Notes under the pieces: model-generated | What the model was told of the DNA's origin: nothing | The model's input: the letters and a program-made list of their open reading frames with translations, nothing else | Databases searched by the model: none | Translations under genes and position numbers: made by a program | From: a virus | Direction: 5' to 3' (one strand) | Virus record (IMG/VR): IMGVR_UViG_3300045995_000108 | Location: 51,429-115,428 of that record | Length of the DNA stretch: 64,000 nt | Part shown: in pieces, positions 27,981 through 37,775 of the stretch | How positions within the stretch are numbered: the first letter of the stretch is position 1 | Layout: each line of letters opens with the position of its first letter

Positions 27981-30716
27981 ATTAGTTACGTAGACGGCAT
28001 TCACGATAGGGCAAAAGACATAATCCACGTTGTCGAACGTGTGAATGGTGAGCGGGTATACAAAGAGTATCCCGCTAACTATGTCTTTTACCAAGACGAC
28101 GCAAAGGGTAAGTTTCGCACTATCTTTGATACACCTGTAACCAGGTTCAGTTCAAGGTCTGGCAAAGAGTTTCAAAAGGAACTTGCCATGGCTAAGGGCT
28201 CTGGTAAGAAGGTATGGGAAAGCGACTTTAAGCCAATCTTCCGCTGCTTGGAAGAAAATTACCTCCATGCAGCATCCCCAAAGCTACACACAGCATTCTT
28301 CGACATTGAGGTGGATTTCCACCAAGAGAAAGGCTACTCTAAGCCTGAAGATCCGTTCAATGCTATTACTGCGTTCTCAATCTATCTTGACTGGTCAGAC
28401 AAGCTAATTACTTTGGTATTGCCACCTAAGTCGTATAGCTGGGAAACTGCGGAAGAGATTTGCAACAAGTTTGAAAACTGTATCCTCTTTGACAGCGAAG
28501 AAGAAATGCTTAAAACATTCTACGCTATCATCGACGATGCAGACATCTTAAGCGGCTGGAACAGTGAGGGCTTCGATATTCCGTACACTGTTATGCGTAC
28601 TATTCGCATACTGAGTAAGGACGATACTCGCGGCTTCTGCTTGTGGGGTCAACTACCCAAGCAACGTATGTTTGAACGTTATGGTACAGAGTCAATGACA
28701 TTTGATACCGTGGGCCGTGTGCACATGGACTATATGCAACTGTATCGCAAGTACACCTACGAAGAACGTCATTCCTATTCCCTAGATGCTATTGCTGAGT
28801 ATGAGTTGGGTGAGCACAAGACCCCATACGAAGGAACACTAGACCAATTGTACAATCAAGACTTTGCGAAGTTTATTGAGTACAACCGCCAAGATACCAT
28901 GTTGTTATCCAGGCTCGACACGAAGTTAAAATTCATCGACTTGGCGAACGAACTTGCACATGAAAACACTGTGCTATTACCAACCACGATGGGCGCGGTT
29001 GCAGTTACTGAGCAAGCTATCATTAACGATGCTCACAGTAGAGGTATGATTGTTCCTAACAGAAAGGCCAGAGATGAACAAGGTGAAACGCAAGCCGCAG
29101 GTGCCTATGTTGCTAATCCCAAGAAAGGGATTCACAAAGACATCGGAGCAATCGACATTAACTCCCTCTATCCCTCGGCTATTCGTGCCCTCAACATGGG
29201 ACCAGAAACAGTCGTCGGACAACTCCGCCCAATACTGACGGATGCATACTTAAAGAATAAGATGCTGCCTGAGGTTAAGAACGGCAGGACTTATGTGGGG
29301 TGCAGCCTGTCAGAAGCGTGGGAAGGTTTGTTTGGTTCCCTAGAGTACACTGCCGTTATGGACATGGACCCAAGCGTAGAGATTACGATTGACTGGGAAG
29401 CTGACGGCAACAGCACTACACACAGAGCAGACGAAGTTTGGCGTGCTGTGTTTGAAGGTGGTCAACCTTGGCTCCTATCTGCGAACGGTACTATCTTCCG
29501 TTACGACAAGAAGGGCATTGTGCCTGGTTTGTTGGAACGTTGGTACTCTGAACGTAAGGAAATGCAGGCTAAGAAGAAAGCTGCGACAGAGAAGGAAGAT
29601 ATTGCTTTCTGGGATAAGCGTCAGCTAGTTAAGAAGATTAACTTGAACAGCTTGTATGGTGCTCTACTTAACGGTGGTTGCAGGTTCTTTGACCATCGTA
29701 TTGGACAGTCTACTACGCTATGTGGTCGCGTTATTGCACGTCACATGGATGCACACGTTAACGAGGCAATCACTGGTGTTTATGATCACTTAGGTGACGC
29801 TGTAATCTACGGTGACACTGACTCTGTTTACTTCTCTGCTTGGAAGACGATTGAAGCAGATGTTAAAGCAGGCAATATGACATGGGACCGTGATACTTGT
29901 GTGCAACTGTACGACAAGATTGCAGACTCCGTTAACGACAGTTTCCCTACGTTCATGGAAAAAGCATTCCATTGCCCACTTGAGATGGGCGGCATCATCA
30001 AGGGCGGTCGTGAACTGATTGCGTCTCAAGGATTGTTCATTACCAAGAAGCGTTACGCTGTATTGATTTTCGATATGGAAGGTACACGCTACGACTTGAT
30101 GGACGAAGCAACTGCTAAGAAGAAGGGTGTTATCCCGCACACAGGTAAAGTAAAAGCTATGGGCTTGGACTTGAAGCGTTCTGACACACCTAAGATCATG
30201 CAAGAGTTCTTGATGGAAATTCTGACTGACTTGCTTACTGACAAGGGCAAAGACCTTATCATTGACAAGATCAAGACGTTCAAGCAGAAGTTTGCTGATC
30301 TTCCAGCATGGGAAAAGGGCACACCAAAGCGTGTCAATAACTTGACAAGCTATGGGCAAAAGGAAAAAGACTCTACTACTGGTAAAGCTAACATGCCAGG
30401 TCACGTTCGCGCAGCTATCAACTATAACAGACTGAAGCGTTTGTATGGTGATAATGTGTCGCAAAGTATCGTGGACGGTATGAAAACTATTGTGTGCAAG
30501 CTAAAGGATAATCCATTGGGTTATACTAGCGTGGGTTATCCAACTGACTTGGCGCACGTACCGCAGTGGTTTAAAGAGTTACCATTCGACCAAGACAAAA
30601 TGGAGATGACTATCGTGAACCAAAAGGTGGAAAACTTGTTGAGCGTACTTGACTGGGATATTACCGCAAGTACGGACATTAACAGCACCTTTGAATCATT
30701 GTTTAGTTTTGACTAA
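27981..30716 (+). CDS. Family B DNA polymerase (probable ATT start)
   Basis: Exo motifs DIEV, GWNSEGFD, YSLD; pol motifs DINSLYPS, KINLNSLYG, YGDTDS, KKRYA. Confidence 0.95.
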   Translation: MSYVDGIHDRAKDIIHVVERVNGERVYKEYPANYVFYQDDAKGKFRTIFDTPVTRFSSRSGKEFQKELAMAKGSGKKVWESDFKPIFRCLEENYLHAASPKLHTAFFDIEVDFHQEKGYSKPEDPFNAITAFSIYLDWSDKLITLVLPPKSYSWETAEEICNKFENCILFDSEEEMLKTFYAIIDDADILSGWNSEGFDIPYTVMRTIRILSKDDTRGFCLWGQLPKQRMFERYGTESMTFDTVGRVHMDYMQLYRKYTYEERHSYSLDAIAEYELGEHKTPYEGTLDQLYNQDFAKFIEYNRQDTMLLSRLDTKLKFIDLANELAHENTVLLPTTMGAVAVTEQAIINDAHSRGMIVPNRKARDEQGETQAAGAYVANPKKGIHKDIGAIDINSLYPSAIRALNMGPETVVGQLRPILTDAYLKNKMLPEVKNGRTYVGCSLSEAWEGLFGSLEYTAVMDMDPSVEITIDWEADGNSTTHRADEVWRAVFEGGQPWLLSANGTIFRYDKKGIVPGLLERWYSERKEMQAKKKAATEKEDIAFWDKRQLVKKINLNSLYGALLNGGCRFFDHRIGQSTTLCGRVIARHMDAHVNEAITGVYDHLGDAVIYGDTDSVYFSAWKTIEADVKAGNMTWDRDTCVQLYDKIADSVNDSFPTFMEKAFHCPLEMGGIIKGGRELIASQGLFITKKRYAVLIFDMEGTRYDLMDEATAKKKGVIPHTGKVKAMGLDLKRSDTPKIMQEFLMEILTDLLTDKGKDLIIDKIKTFKQKFADLPAWEKGTPKRVNNLTSYGQKEKDSTTGKANMPGHVRAAINYNRLKRLYGDNVSQSIVDGMKTIVCKLKDNPLGYTSVGYPTDLAHVPQWFKELPFDQDKMEMTIVNQKVENLLSVLDWDITASTDINSTFESLFSFD

Positions 30717-30717
30717 T

Positions 30718-31662
30718 ATGAAACTTAGTGAACTAGTTGGATTACGTAACCTGTTGAATGAAAGTATCGCACTAGAAGAAGTTAGGGCATCTACTGAAAT
30801 TCTTTTGCAAAGAATTAGCAGTGTGAGTGACACGATAACCAATGCTGAATATGTAGCATCTATTCATCGTATCCGAGATTATTACGGAGAGATACTTACC
30901 CTGGTAGAGAAGCCACCAAAAGAGTTGCACACCATGCTAGACCAAATTGACGCAAAGATCAATAAACTCACTAAGGATTTCCATAAACGTGGATACATTA
31001 TCAACGGGTTCTTTGCAAGCAATTCTACTGACGTAGACGGGGAGCGCAATCTTAGAACTGTGCCAGTTGCGTCTGACATAAAAAAATTGGTTGGCGCCCG
31101 TATAGATATGCACTCGTCTTGGCAGTATCCTGGCCTAGAGATTGGCCCAGGTGACGGCGAGTGGACACCTATGTTAGTGGCATCCGATCCGTTGTACGTA
31201 ATTGACAACCATCAAGAATTTTTAGATGTGACCGCTAATCAATTTCCTGACGACTACCAACGCAGGCTTCGCAAATATGTCATTGACTTCAGAACAAACG
31301 ACATAACAGAATTGCCCAAAAATCAAATTGGGTTTGCGTTTGCTTGGAATGTGTTTAACTTCTTTCCAGAATACGAATTGAGGCACTACTTAACACAGGT
31401 GTTTGCCGCATTACGACCGGGCGGAACATTGTTGTTTAGCTATAACAACTGTGATAACCCTATCCAGGCTGGATTTGCAGAAGAGGGATGGATGTCGTGG
31501 ATGCCACGCACGTTACTTACTTCTGTGTTAACTGATTTGGGTTACACTGATTTTACATTTTTTGAGCCGGCGCTGAACGTATCATTTGTTGAAGTTAAGA
31601 AGCCTGGAGAAAAGACCACAGTCAAAGCCCATCAAGTTTTAGGTGAAATAAAATTTTCATAA
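30718..31662 (+). CDS. Coiled-coil plus class I SAM methyltransferase-like
   Basis: GLEIGPGDG, LRPGGTLLFSY. Confidence 0.7.
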   Translation: MKLSELVGLRNLLNESIALEEVRASTEILLQRISSVSDTITNAEYVASIHRIRDYYGEILTLVEKPPKELHTMLDQIDAKINKLTKDFHKRGYIINGFFASNSTDVDGERNLRTVPVASDIKKLVGARIDMHSSWQYPGLEIGPGDGEWTPMLVASDPLYVIDNHQEFLDVTANQFPDDYQRRLRKYVIDFRTNDITELPKNQIGFAFAWNVFNFFPEYELRHYLTQVFAALRPGGTLLFSYNNCDNPIQAGFAEEGWMSWMPRTLLTSVLTDLGYTDFTFFEPALNVSFVEVKKPGEKTTVKAHQVLGEIKFS

Positions 31663-31727
31663 CAGTTGATAAATCTAAATACATCTGTTACAATCAACTA
31701 TCAACACGCATACATCACGGAGAAAAC

Positions 31728-32468
31728 ATGCAAGATCATCTATTAGACATCGTCAAACACGCACTGCCAATCGGAATCGAATTGGTCAAGGTTACTGGAA
31801 CTAAAACTGAAACAACTATTAACAGTATTGCAGAAGACCGTTCTGTAATTGTAGAAGCTAAATTCAAAGCGCCAGTCGCTGAATTCAACGGCGTATTCGG
31901 AATGCCAAATTTGGCAAAGCTGAATACTATTTTGGGCATTCCAGAGTACGCTAAGGAAGCTAAGTTGACAATCCTTACCCGCGATGTTGACGTAGACGGT
32001 ACTACGGTTAAGCTGCCAGCTGGCGTTAACTTCACAAACAAGGCAGGCGACTTCAAGAACGACTATCGCTTCATGGGTAAGGAAGTTGTAGAAGACAAAC
32101 TGAAGGCAGTTAAATTCCGCGGTGTTAAGTGGAACGTAGAGTTTACACCAAGCGTTGCAAGCATTCAGCGTTTGCGCTACCAAGCAGCAGCCAACAACGA
32201 AATTACAACCTTTGTGGCTAAGACAGAAAAGGGCGCTTTGGTGTTCTACTTTGGTGACGCAGCATCCCACGCAGGTAACTTTACGTTCGACAACAATGTT
32301 GCTGGTACACTGTCCAAGGCATGGTCGTGGCCCGTTAACCAAGTTATTGCTATCCTTGCACTCGCAGGTGAGAAAACATTCAAGATCTCCGACGAAGGTG
32401 CTGCAATGATTACAGTTGACAGCGGCTTGATTGAATACAGCTACATCATCCCAGCCCAAACAAAATAA
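31728..32468 (+). CDS. Probable DNA polymerase sliding clamp (gp45/PCNA-like)
   Basis: 246 aa, two-domain alpha/beta pattern, C-terminal YSYIIPA, near polymerase. Confidence 0.5.
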   Translation: MQDHLLDIVKHALPIGIELVKVTGTKTETTINSIAEDRSVIVEAKFKAPVAEFNGVFGMPNLAKLNTILGIPEYAKEAKLTILTRDVDVDGTTVKLPAGVNFTNKAGDFKNDYRFMGKEVVEDKLKAVKFRGVKWNVEFTPSVASIQRLRYQAAANNEITTFVAKTEKGALVFYFGDAASHAGNFTFDNNVAGTLSKAWSWPVNQVIAILALAGEKTFKISDEGAAMITVDSGLIEYSYIIPAQTK

Positions 32469-33593
32469 GTGGAGCAGTTTTTCTGTCCGTTACCTTGGAT
32501 ACATCAATTCATTCAAATTGATGGAATCAAGATGTGTTGCGTGAGTAGCACAAGTCTTAATATGACACCAGACGAGTTTAAACACTCTGATTTTATAAAA
32601 GATGTCAAAAAGACTATTACGGATGGAAAAATCCCACACGATTGCCAATCTTGTGTTAAGCAAGAACAACGTGGGGTCAAAAGTGTACGCGAAGGAATTT
32701 TAAAAGACTTTGCATATACTATTGAGACAGTCCCTGATCAAATCGAATATTTAGATTTGCGCCATTCCAATTTGTGCAATTTTTCGTGTCGTATATGCAG
32801 TCCAACATATAGTACCAGTATTAATAGAGAAGTCTTGTCTAATACGAAGCTACTTGCATATTACAGCCCAGTCGAGGTGGGTCTCAAATATGACATTGCA
32901 TCGTCAATTGATTCATTGATTCCCAATTTGTCTAGATTAAACTTAACTGGTGGTGAACCACTAATAATAAAAGAAAATCTGGACATTTTGCAACGCCTAT
33001 TGGATCAATGCCGTAATGATGTGCATTTGCTTATCACAACCAATGCCTCTACATTCAATCCCAAAATATTGAATCTCATTAAGCAGTTTAGTAATGTACA
33101 TTGGACCATAAGCATAGATGGTGTTGACGAAGTTGCTGAATACGCACGGTATGGTACTGATTGGCCTACCGTTCACGCCAATGTTCATCAGATTCTGCAA
33201 CTAAAGCATAGTGTTTCCATAAATGTGACAATCAGTGCATACAGCGTATTAGGATTAGCTGCAACTTGCAATTGGTTTAATTCGTTACGCAATGCGTACC
33301 AAAATCAACCATTAGAGATTATGTTCGGTGTGGCCACAAATGTAGACATTAAATTTCTGCCTATTCATATGCGTAAAAATGCAAAAGAAAATTTAGATCA
33401 GGCCATTGCAGTGATAAGTAATATCACAACCAATCCAGAATCTGAACTAGTTACTCTAAATAGCTTGCGTAATGATTTAAACGATGTTACAATACATAGA
33501 GCAACAACTAAATTCATTCAATTTACTCGTGACTTAGATGCATCAAGAAATCAAAGTTTCGAATCGACATTCAAATTACCTTTAGAAATATGA
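32469..33593 (+). CDS. Radical SAM protein with N-terminal twitch/SPASM-like Cys cluster
   Basis: CNFSCRIC, TGGEP, ISIDG; AT-richer than neighbours. Confidence 0.85.
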   Translation: MEQFFCPLPWIHQFIQIDGIKMCCVSSTSLNMTPDEFKHSDFIKDVKKTITDGKIPHDCQSCVKQEQRGVKSVREGILKDFAYTIETVPDQIEYLDLRHSNLCNFSCRICSPTYSTSINREVLSNTKLLAYYSPVEVGLKYDIASSIDSLIPNLSRLNLTGGEPLIIKENLDILQRLLDQCRNDVHLLITTNASTFNPKILNLIKQFSNVHWTISIDGVDEVAEYARYGTDWPTVHANVHQILQLKHSVSINVTISAYSVLGLAATCNWFNSLRNAYQNQPLEIMFGVATNVDIKFLPIHMRKNAKENLDQAIAVISNITTNPESELVTLNSLRNDLNDVTIHRATTKFIQFTRDLDASRNQSFESTFKLPLEI

Positions 33594-34033
33594 ACCAACA
33601 AGAACGCGACACAATTGAACGCATCAAAGAGAAGGCTGTGCGCCAAATCTTTGTCACTTTCCAAAAGGAAGGCATTCATTGCTATCCTGCCGCAGCCACA
33701 GACCCAATGCTTGCGACAGGTGACCAATACGATGTCTCCTTTTTGGGCACCCCACATCGACACATTTTCCACTTCCGCGTGGACATTGATGTGTTCCATA
33801 ACGACCGCGACATTGAGTTTATTCAATTCAAGCGTTGGCTCGAAAACCTTTACAAGGATAGCATCCTTGCGTTAGACTACAAGAGTTGCGAGATGATCGC
33901 TGACGACTTGTACATTCAAATCGCTGCACGGTATCCTGATCGTGCAGTAAAAATCGAAGTATCCGAGGACGGCGAAAACGGATGCACAATCGAATACAAC
34001 ACCCACCGTCCAAGTCAATTAATTAAGGTCTAA
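33590..34033 (+). CDS. T-fold QueD paralog, DpdL-like (putative CDG decarboxylase)
   Basis: LGTPHRHIF (LxxxHRHxF), SCE, VSEDGENG; upstream of dpdA. Confidence 0.6.
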   Translation: MNQQERDTIERIKEKAVRQIFVTFQKEGIHCYPAAATDPMLATGDQYDVSFLGTPHRHIFHFRVDIDVFHNDRDIEFIQFKRWLENLYKDSILALDYKSCEMIADDLYIQIAARYPDRAVKIEVSEDGENGCTIEYNTHRPSQLIKV

Positions 34034-34034
34034 A

Positions 34035-34292
34035 ATGGCAAAAGAACAATACATGCAAAGTCCCCGTGTACGTCAGGAAATGACTCGTCTCTTCGACGAG
34101 CTTGATGCATACTTGGAGTTCTGCAAAAAGCAGGGCTATGTATTTGACGAGTCCCATCTCTACAACGAGAAGACTCCATGGGGTGAGTGGCAACGTGTCC
34201 TGAACGGGAAGTTTCCCAAGGACAACTGGTCTCCTTACCCTAAGGAAAAGCGTGACTTTTCCAAGCCGCGTTCGCATTTCTCCACTCGTTAA
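34035..34292 (+). CDS. Hypothetical protein
   Basis: ORF in operon. Confidence 0.65.
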   Translation: MAKEQYMQSPRVRQEMTRLFDELDAYLEFCKKQGYVFDESHLYNEKTPWGEWQRVLNGKFPKDNWSPYPKEKRDFSKPRSHFSTR

Positions 34293-34298
34293 TCCTTT

Positions 34299-35933
34299 AT
34301 GCCATATAAAGACGATTTAACGGCGAAGCAAAGCGACTACGCCTACTTTCTACCAGCGTTAAGCGGATTTTATTCCTCTTACGTTGGCAAGCAAAGACAT
34401 GAACAGCACGTAGATGCTGCCCGTATTCCTAAGCGATTTGAAAATGGCATTGAGGGATTAAACTATCTCAATGAAGAAGAAGCTTACTTCAAGTATAAGT
34501 GGTCTCTGTATTCTGCAGGACACGCTAACTTGGATACCACTAAGTTTGATCCGTCTGAGGACATGATTCGCAATCGTTCTAAGAATAGCTTTGTACTTGG
34601 TGACTCTGGTGGATTCCAGATTGCCAAGGGAGTATGGGAAGGCGACTGGCGTGCTAACTCTGGTTGTGCAAAAGCTCAAAAGTATCGCACACAGGTTCTT
34701 GATTGGATGGAAAGCTACATGGACTACGGCATGGGATTAGATATTCCAGGCTGGGTTTGGCGTACCCCAAGGGGTGTGGCTGCAACCAAGATTGAAACTT
34801 ACCAAGAAGCTATGGAAGCTTCCAAGTACAACTTCGAATATTGGATTAAACATCGTCGCGGTAACTGCAAGTTCTTGACAGTTCTGCAAGGTGATAATCA
34901 CGAGCAGGCAGATGAGTGGTATGAGGAGATGAAGAAGTTCTCCGATCCTAAGCATTACCCTAACGAGCACTTTAACGGTTGGGCTATGGGATCGCAAAAC
35001 AAATGCGATGTACACCTTATCTTGAAACGCCTTGTTGCATTGATTTATGATGGATTGTTGGAAGAAGGCAAGCAAGACTGGATTCACTATCTTGGTACAT
35101 CCAAGCTAGAGTGGGCAGTTATGTTTACCGATATTCAACGTGCTATCCGGAAGAACCACAACCCAAGTCTAAGCATTAGCTTTGACTGCGCATCTCCTTT
35201 CCTGGCAACAGCGAACGGGCAAGTGTATTGGGACAACCGTCTTGAAGACGAAGACAAGTGGTCTTACCGTATGATGAAATGTGTGGATGATAAGAAGTAT
35301 GCACTAGATACTCGCATGTTCCGTGATGTGGCAGTCAATGATGGGCATTTCCCATCGTTCATTGACAGTCCAATCATCTCGCGTATGGAAATCAATGATG
35401 TATGTCATTACGGACCAAACGATGTAAACAAGATTGGTAAGATTGGCCGTACGTCGTGGGATAGTTTTGCTTATGCATTGCTGATGGGGCACAACGTCTA
35501 TGCACACATTAAGTCTGTACAAGACAGCAATGAGCGTTACGACCAAGGCATTGTTCCTGAAATGCTGATACACGACATGAAGATGAAGGGTGCGTTTAGA
35601 CAACTCGTCGACGCAATCTTTTCTGCACCGTCCCGTGCTGCCGCTGATAAGTTGGTTAACGAAGAAAGCAATTGGTACTTACAGATTACTGGATCAAGTG
35701 CAAACGGCTTGCTAGGTAAGAAAGCTGTCAATGCAGATACGATGACAGCAAAACACATGGTGATCGAAGGTACCATCCACGATAAGGTTAAGGTTGAAAA
35801 AGTAAAATTCAAACCTGTCGTGATGTCTAACTTGTTCGAGGGTGAAGGCGTGGCAGAATTTGTCCCGCATGTTGACGATTCAGAAATTGACGAAGCACCA
35901 CTTGATGACTTGGAGAAAGCAGATGAGCTGTAA
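34299..35933 (+). CDS. TGT-fold DNA deazaguanine transglycosylase (DpdA-like)
   Basis: DSGGFQ, LDIP, VLQG, WAMG, IHYLG, SFDCASP; folE/queD/queE nearby. Confidence 0.75.
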   Translation: MPYKDDLTAKQSDYAYFLPALSGFYSSYVGKQRHEQHVDAARIPKRFENGIEGLNYLNEEEAYFKYKWSLYSAGHANLDTTKFDPSEDMIRNRSKNSFVLGDSGGFQIAKGVWEGDWRANSGCAKAQKYRTQVLDWMESYMDYGMGLDIPGWVWRTPRGVAATKIETYQEAMEASKYNFEYWIKHRRGNCKFLTVLQGDNHEQADEWYEEMKKFSDPKHYPNEHFNGWAMGSQNKCDVHLILKRLVALIYDGLLEEGKQDWIHYLGTSKLEWAVMFTDIQRAIRKNHNPSLSISFDCASPFLATANGQVYWDNRLEDEDKWSYRMMKCVDDKKYALDTRMFRDVAVNDGHFPSFIDSPIISRMEINDVCHYGPNDVNKIGKIGRTSWDSFAYALLMGHNVYAHIKSVQDSNERYDQGIVPEMLIHDMKMKGAFRQLVDAIFSAPSRAAADKLVNEESNWYLQITGSSANGLLGKKAVNADTMTAKHMVIEGTIHDKVKVEKVKFKPVVMSNLFEGEGVAEFVPHVDDSEIDEAPLDDLEKADEL

Positions 35934-36987
35934 AACTATTTACATCGTGCCAATCGAACCAATCGACGCACGGTACACAAAGCAATGGTACGAGAATATT
36001 CCCAAGATCATTCTTGAAGAAGCGAACAAACGCGACGTACCAATTAAGCTAGTTACTATTGATGGTGCTAAGATTGAGGCTGGCACAACCAGTGGAGCCT
36101 TCCTTGATTTTGGGGCCACCAATGTGTACAAGGCATCGCAATGCGAAGTCGTGTCGCGTATGTTTAGCAGTGGTATTGTCAAGGCTGGTGACAAGTTTCT
36201 TATCACTGATGCGTGGAACTTTATCATCACACCTATCAAGTACATGAGCGACTTGCTTGGTATTCCTGTTGAGATTCACGGCATATGGCATGCCGGTGCA
36301 TACGATCCTTCTGACATCCTTGGATACAAGATGCAAAAGCCGTGGCCCAACCATGCTGAACGCTCGTGGTTCCACTCTTGCGACTATAACTACTACGCAA
36401 CGGACTTCCACAAGGATATGTTCCTGCGTAACTTGGGTATTGAGCCAGAGTATCATCACAAGGCGATTCGTTCTGGACAACCGCATACACCAATCATTGA
36501 ACAATGCAGTCAATATTGGCACACATACAAGACTGGAAAGATGATCTGGCCGCATCGTTATAACGACGACAAGCAACCTGCCATTGCTGAGTCTATTGCG
36601 GAAGTTATCCCCACTGTTATTACACAGAAGATGAACCTGTCCAAAGAGGCTTATTACGAGGAGTTAGGCAAGGCTTCCGTACTATTTTCGTGCAGTTTGC
36701 ATGAGAATCTAGGCATTTCCATCATGGAAGGTGTGTTAGCTGGTGTAATCCCCTTCTTGCCTGATCGCTGCTCTTATTCAGAAATGTATCTCCCAGAGTT
36801 CCTGTATCCATCAGAATGGACCAAAGACTTTGCATCTTTTGAGAAGCATCGTCCATTGTTGCTTCGCTTTATCAATCATCGAATCAATGATCGCTATAAC
36901 TACATGGATGCACTGGAACGCCAACGCGACATTCTCATTGAGAAGTACCTGCAACCAACTGTAATGGTAGACAAGTTGCTTGGCTAA
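35923..36987 (+). CDS. GT-B (GT4-like) glycosyltransferase
   Basis: WPHR...DKQP, HENLGISIMEG (Ex7E); overlaps dpdA stop. Confidence 0.8.
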   Translation: MSCKTIYIVPIEPIDARYTKQWYENIPKIILEEANKRDVPIKLVTIDGAKIEAGTTSGAFLDFGATNVYKASQCEVVSRMFSSGIVKAGDKFLITDAWNFIITPIKYMSDLLGIPVEIHGIWHAGAYDPSDILGYKMQKPWPNHAERSWFHSCDYNYYATDFHKDMFLRNLGIEPEYHHKAIRSGQPHTPIIEQCSQYWHTYKTGKMIWPHRYNDDKQPAIAESIAEVIPTVITQKMNLSKEAYYEELGKASVLFSCSLHENLGISIMEGVLAGVIPFLPDRCSYSEMYLPEFLYPSEWTKDFASFEKHRPLLLRFINHRINDRYNYMDALERQRDILIEKYLQPTVMVDKLLG

Positions 36988-37201
36988 TGTAGATCAAGTT
37001 TGGTGCGATATGTGCAGGCCGCTTTATCCTTGGTTAGAGGACAAGCGGCTTTTGGATCAACGCGACATTCTAATGCAGCTATACGAAGCTTGCACTGCAC
37101 GTGGTCAAGAAATGTACCAAAGCGAAGGCATGGACATTTATCTAGAATACTTAACTTGGTGGAAACTACAATATGTCCTTCGACCTAATCCTAAAGTTTG
37201 A
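36980..37201 (+). CDS. Hypothetical protein
   Basis: Overlapping ORF filling gap. Confidence 0.45.
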   Translation: MANVDQVWCDMCRPLYPWLEDKRLLDQRDILMQLYEACTARGQEMYQSEGMDIYLEYLTWWKLQYVLRPNPKV

Positions 37202-37775
37202 AAAAGAGTTAGCAGAGTTTACTGGCGCTCCGTATGCAATTATGACAGATTGCTGCACACACGCCATTGAACTGTGTCTTCGTTACGAACTACAAGATCG
37301 TCGCTACATAGACAAGGTTGTGTTTACTGCGTTTACATACTTGTCCGTGCCAATGACCTTCCGCAAGATAGGCATTAAGTACGAGCACATTGACTACGAT
37401 TGGACTGGCGAGTATCCGTTCTATGGCACACGTATTTGGGACTCTGCTCGTAGGTTAGAGAAAAACATGTACCGCCCACACTCCTTCCAATGTCTGAGCT
37501 TTGGACAAGGTAAGCCAATCCAGATTGGGCATGGTGGTGCTATCCTAACTGACGATAAGAATGCGTACACCACTATGCTTGCACAACGGTACGACGGTAG
37601 AGACCTAACCATATCCCCATGGCACGACCAAAAGGTGTTTAGGGTCGGCTACCATTACAAGCCAGCAATTGAAGACGCAATGCATGGTTCGGAATTGCTT
37701 AAAGCTTATGCTTGCTATCCAGCTAAACCAATGCATGTGATATATCCAGATTTAAGAAAGATAACAATATTATGA
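37173..37775 (+). CDS. Compact DegT/DnrJ/EryC1 PLP aminotransferase-like
   Basis: FEKELAEFTG, IWDSA, LSFGQGKPIQIGHGG. Confidence 0.75.
   Translation: MSFDLILKFEKELAEFTGAPYAIMTDCCTHAIELCLRYELQDRRYIDKVVFTAFTYLSVPMTFRKIGIKYEHIDYDWTGEYPFYGTRIWDSARRLEKNMYRPHSFQCLSFGQGKPIQIGHGGAILTDDKNAYTTMLAQRYDGRDLTISPWHDQKVFRVGYHYKPAIEDAMHGSELLKAYACYPAKPMHVIYPDLRKITIL

Noticed and set aside
27981-30716. Intein or intron in the polymerase (also checked clpA and thyA)
   Set aside because: Lengths are normal, motifs are contiguous, and no splicing signatures were seen.
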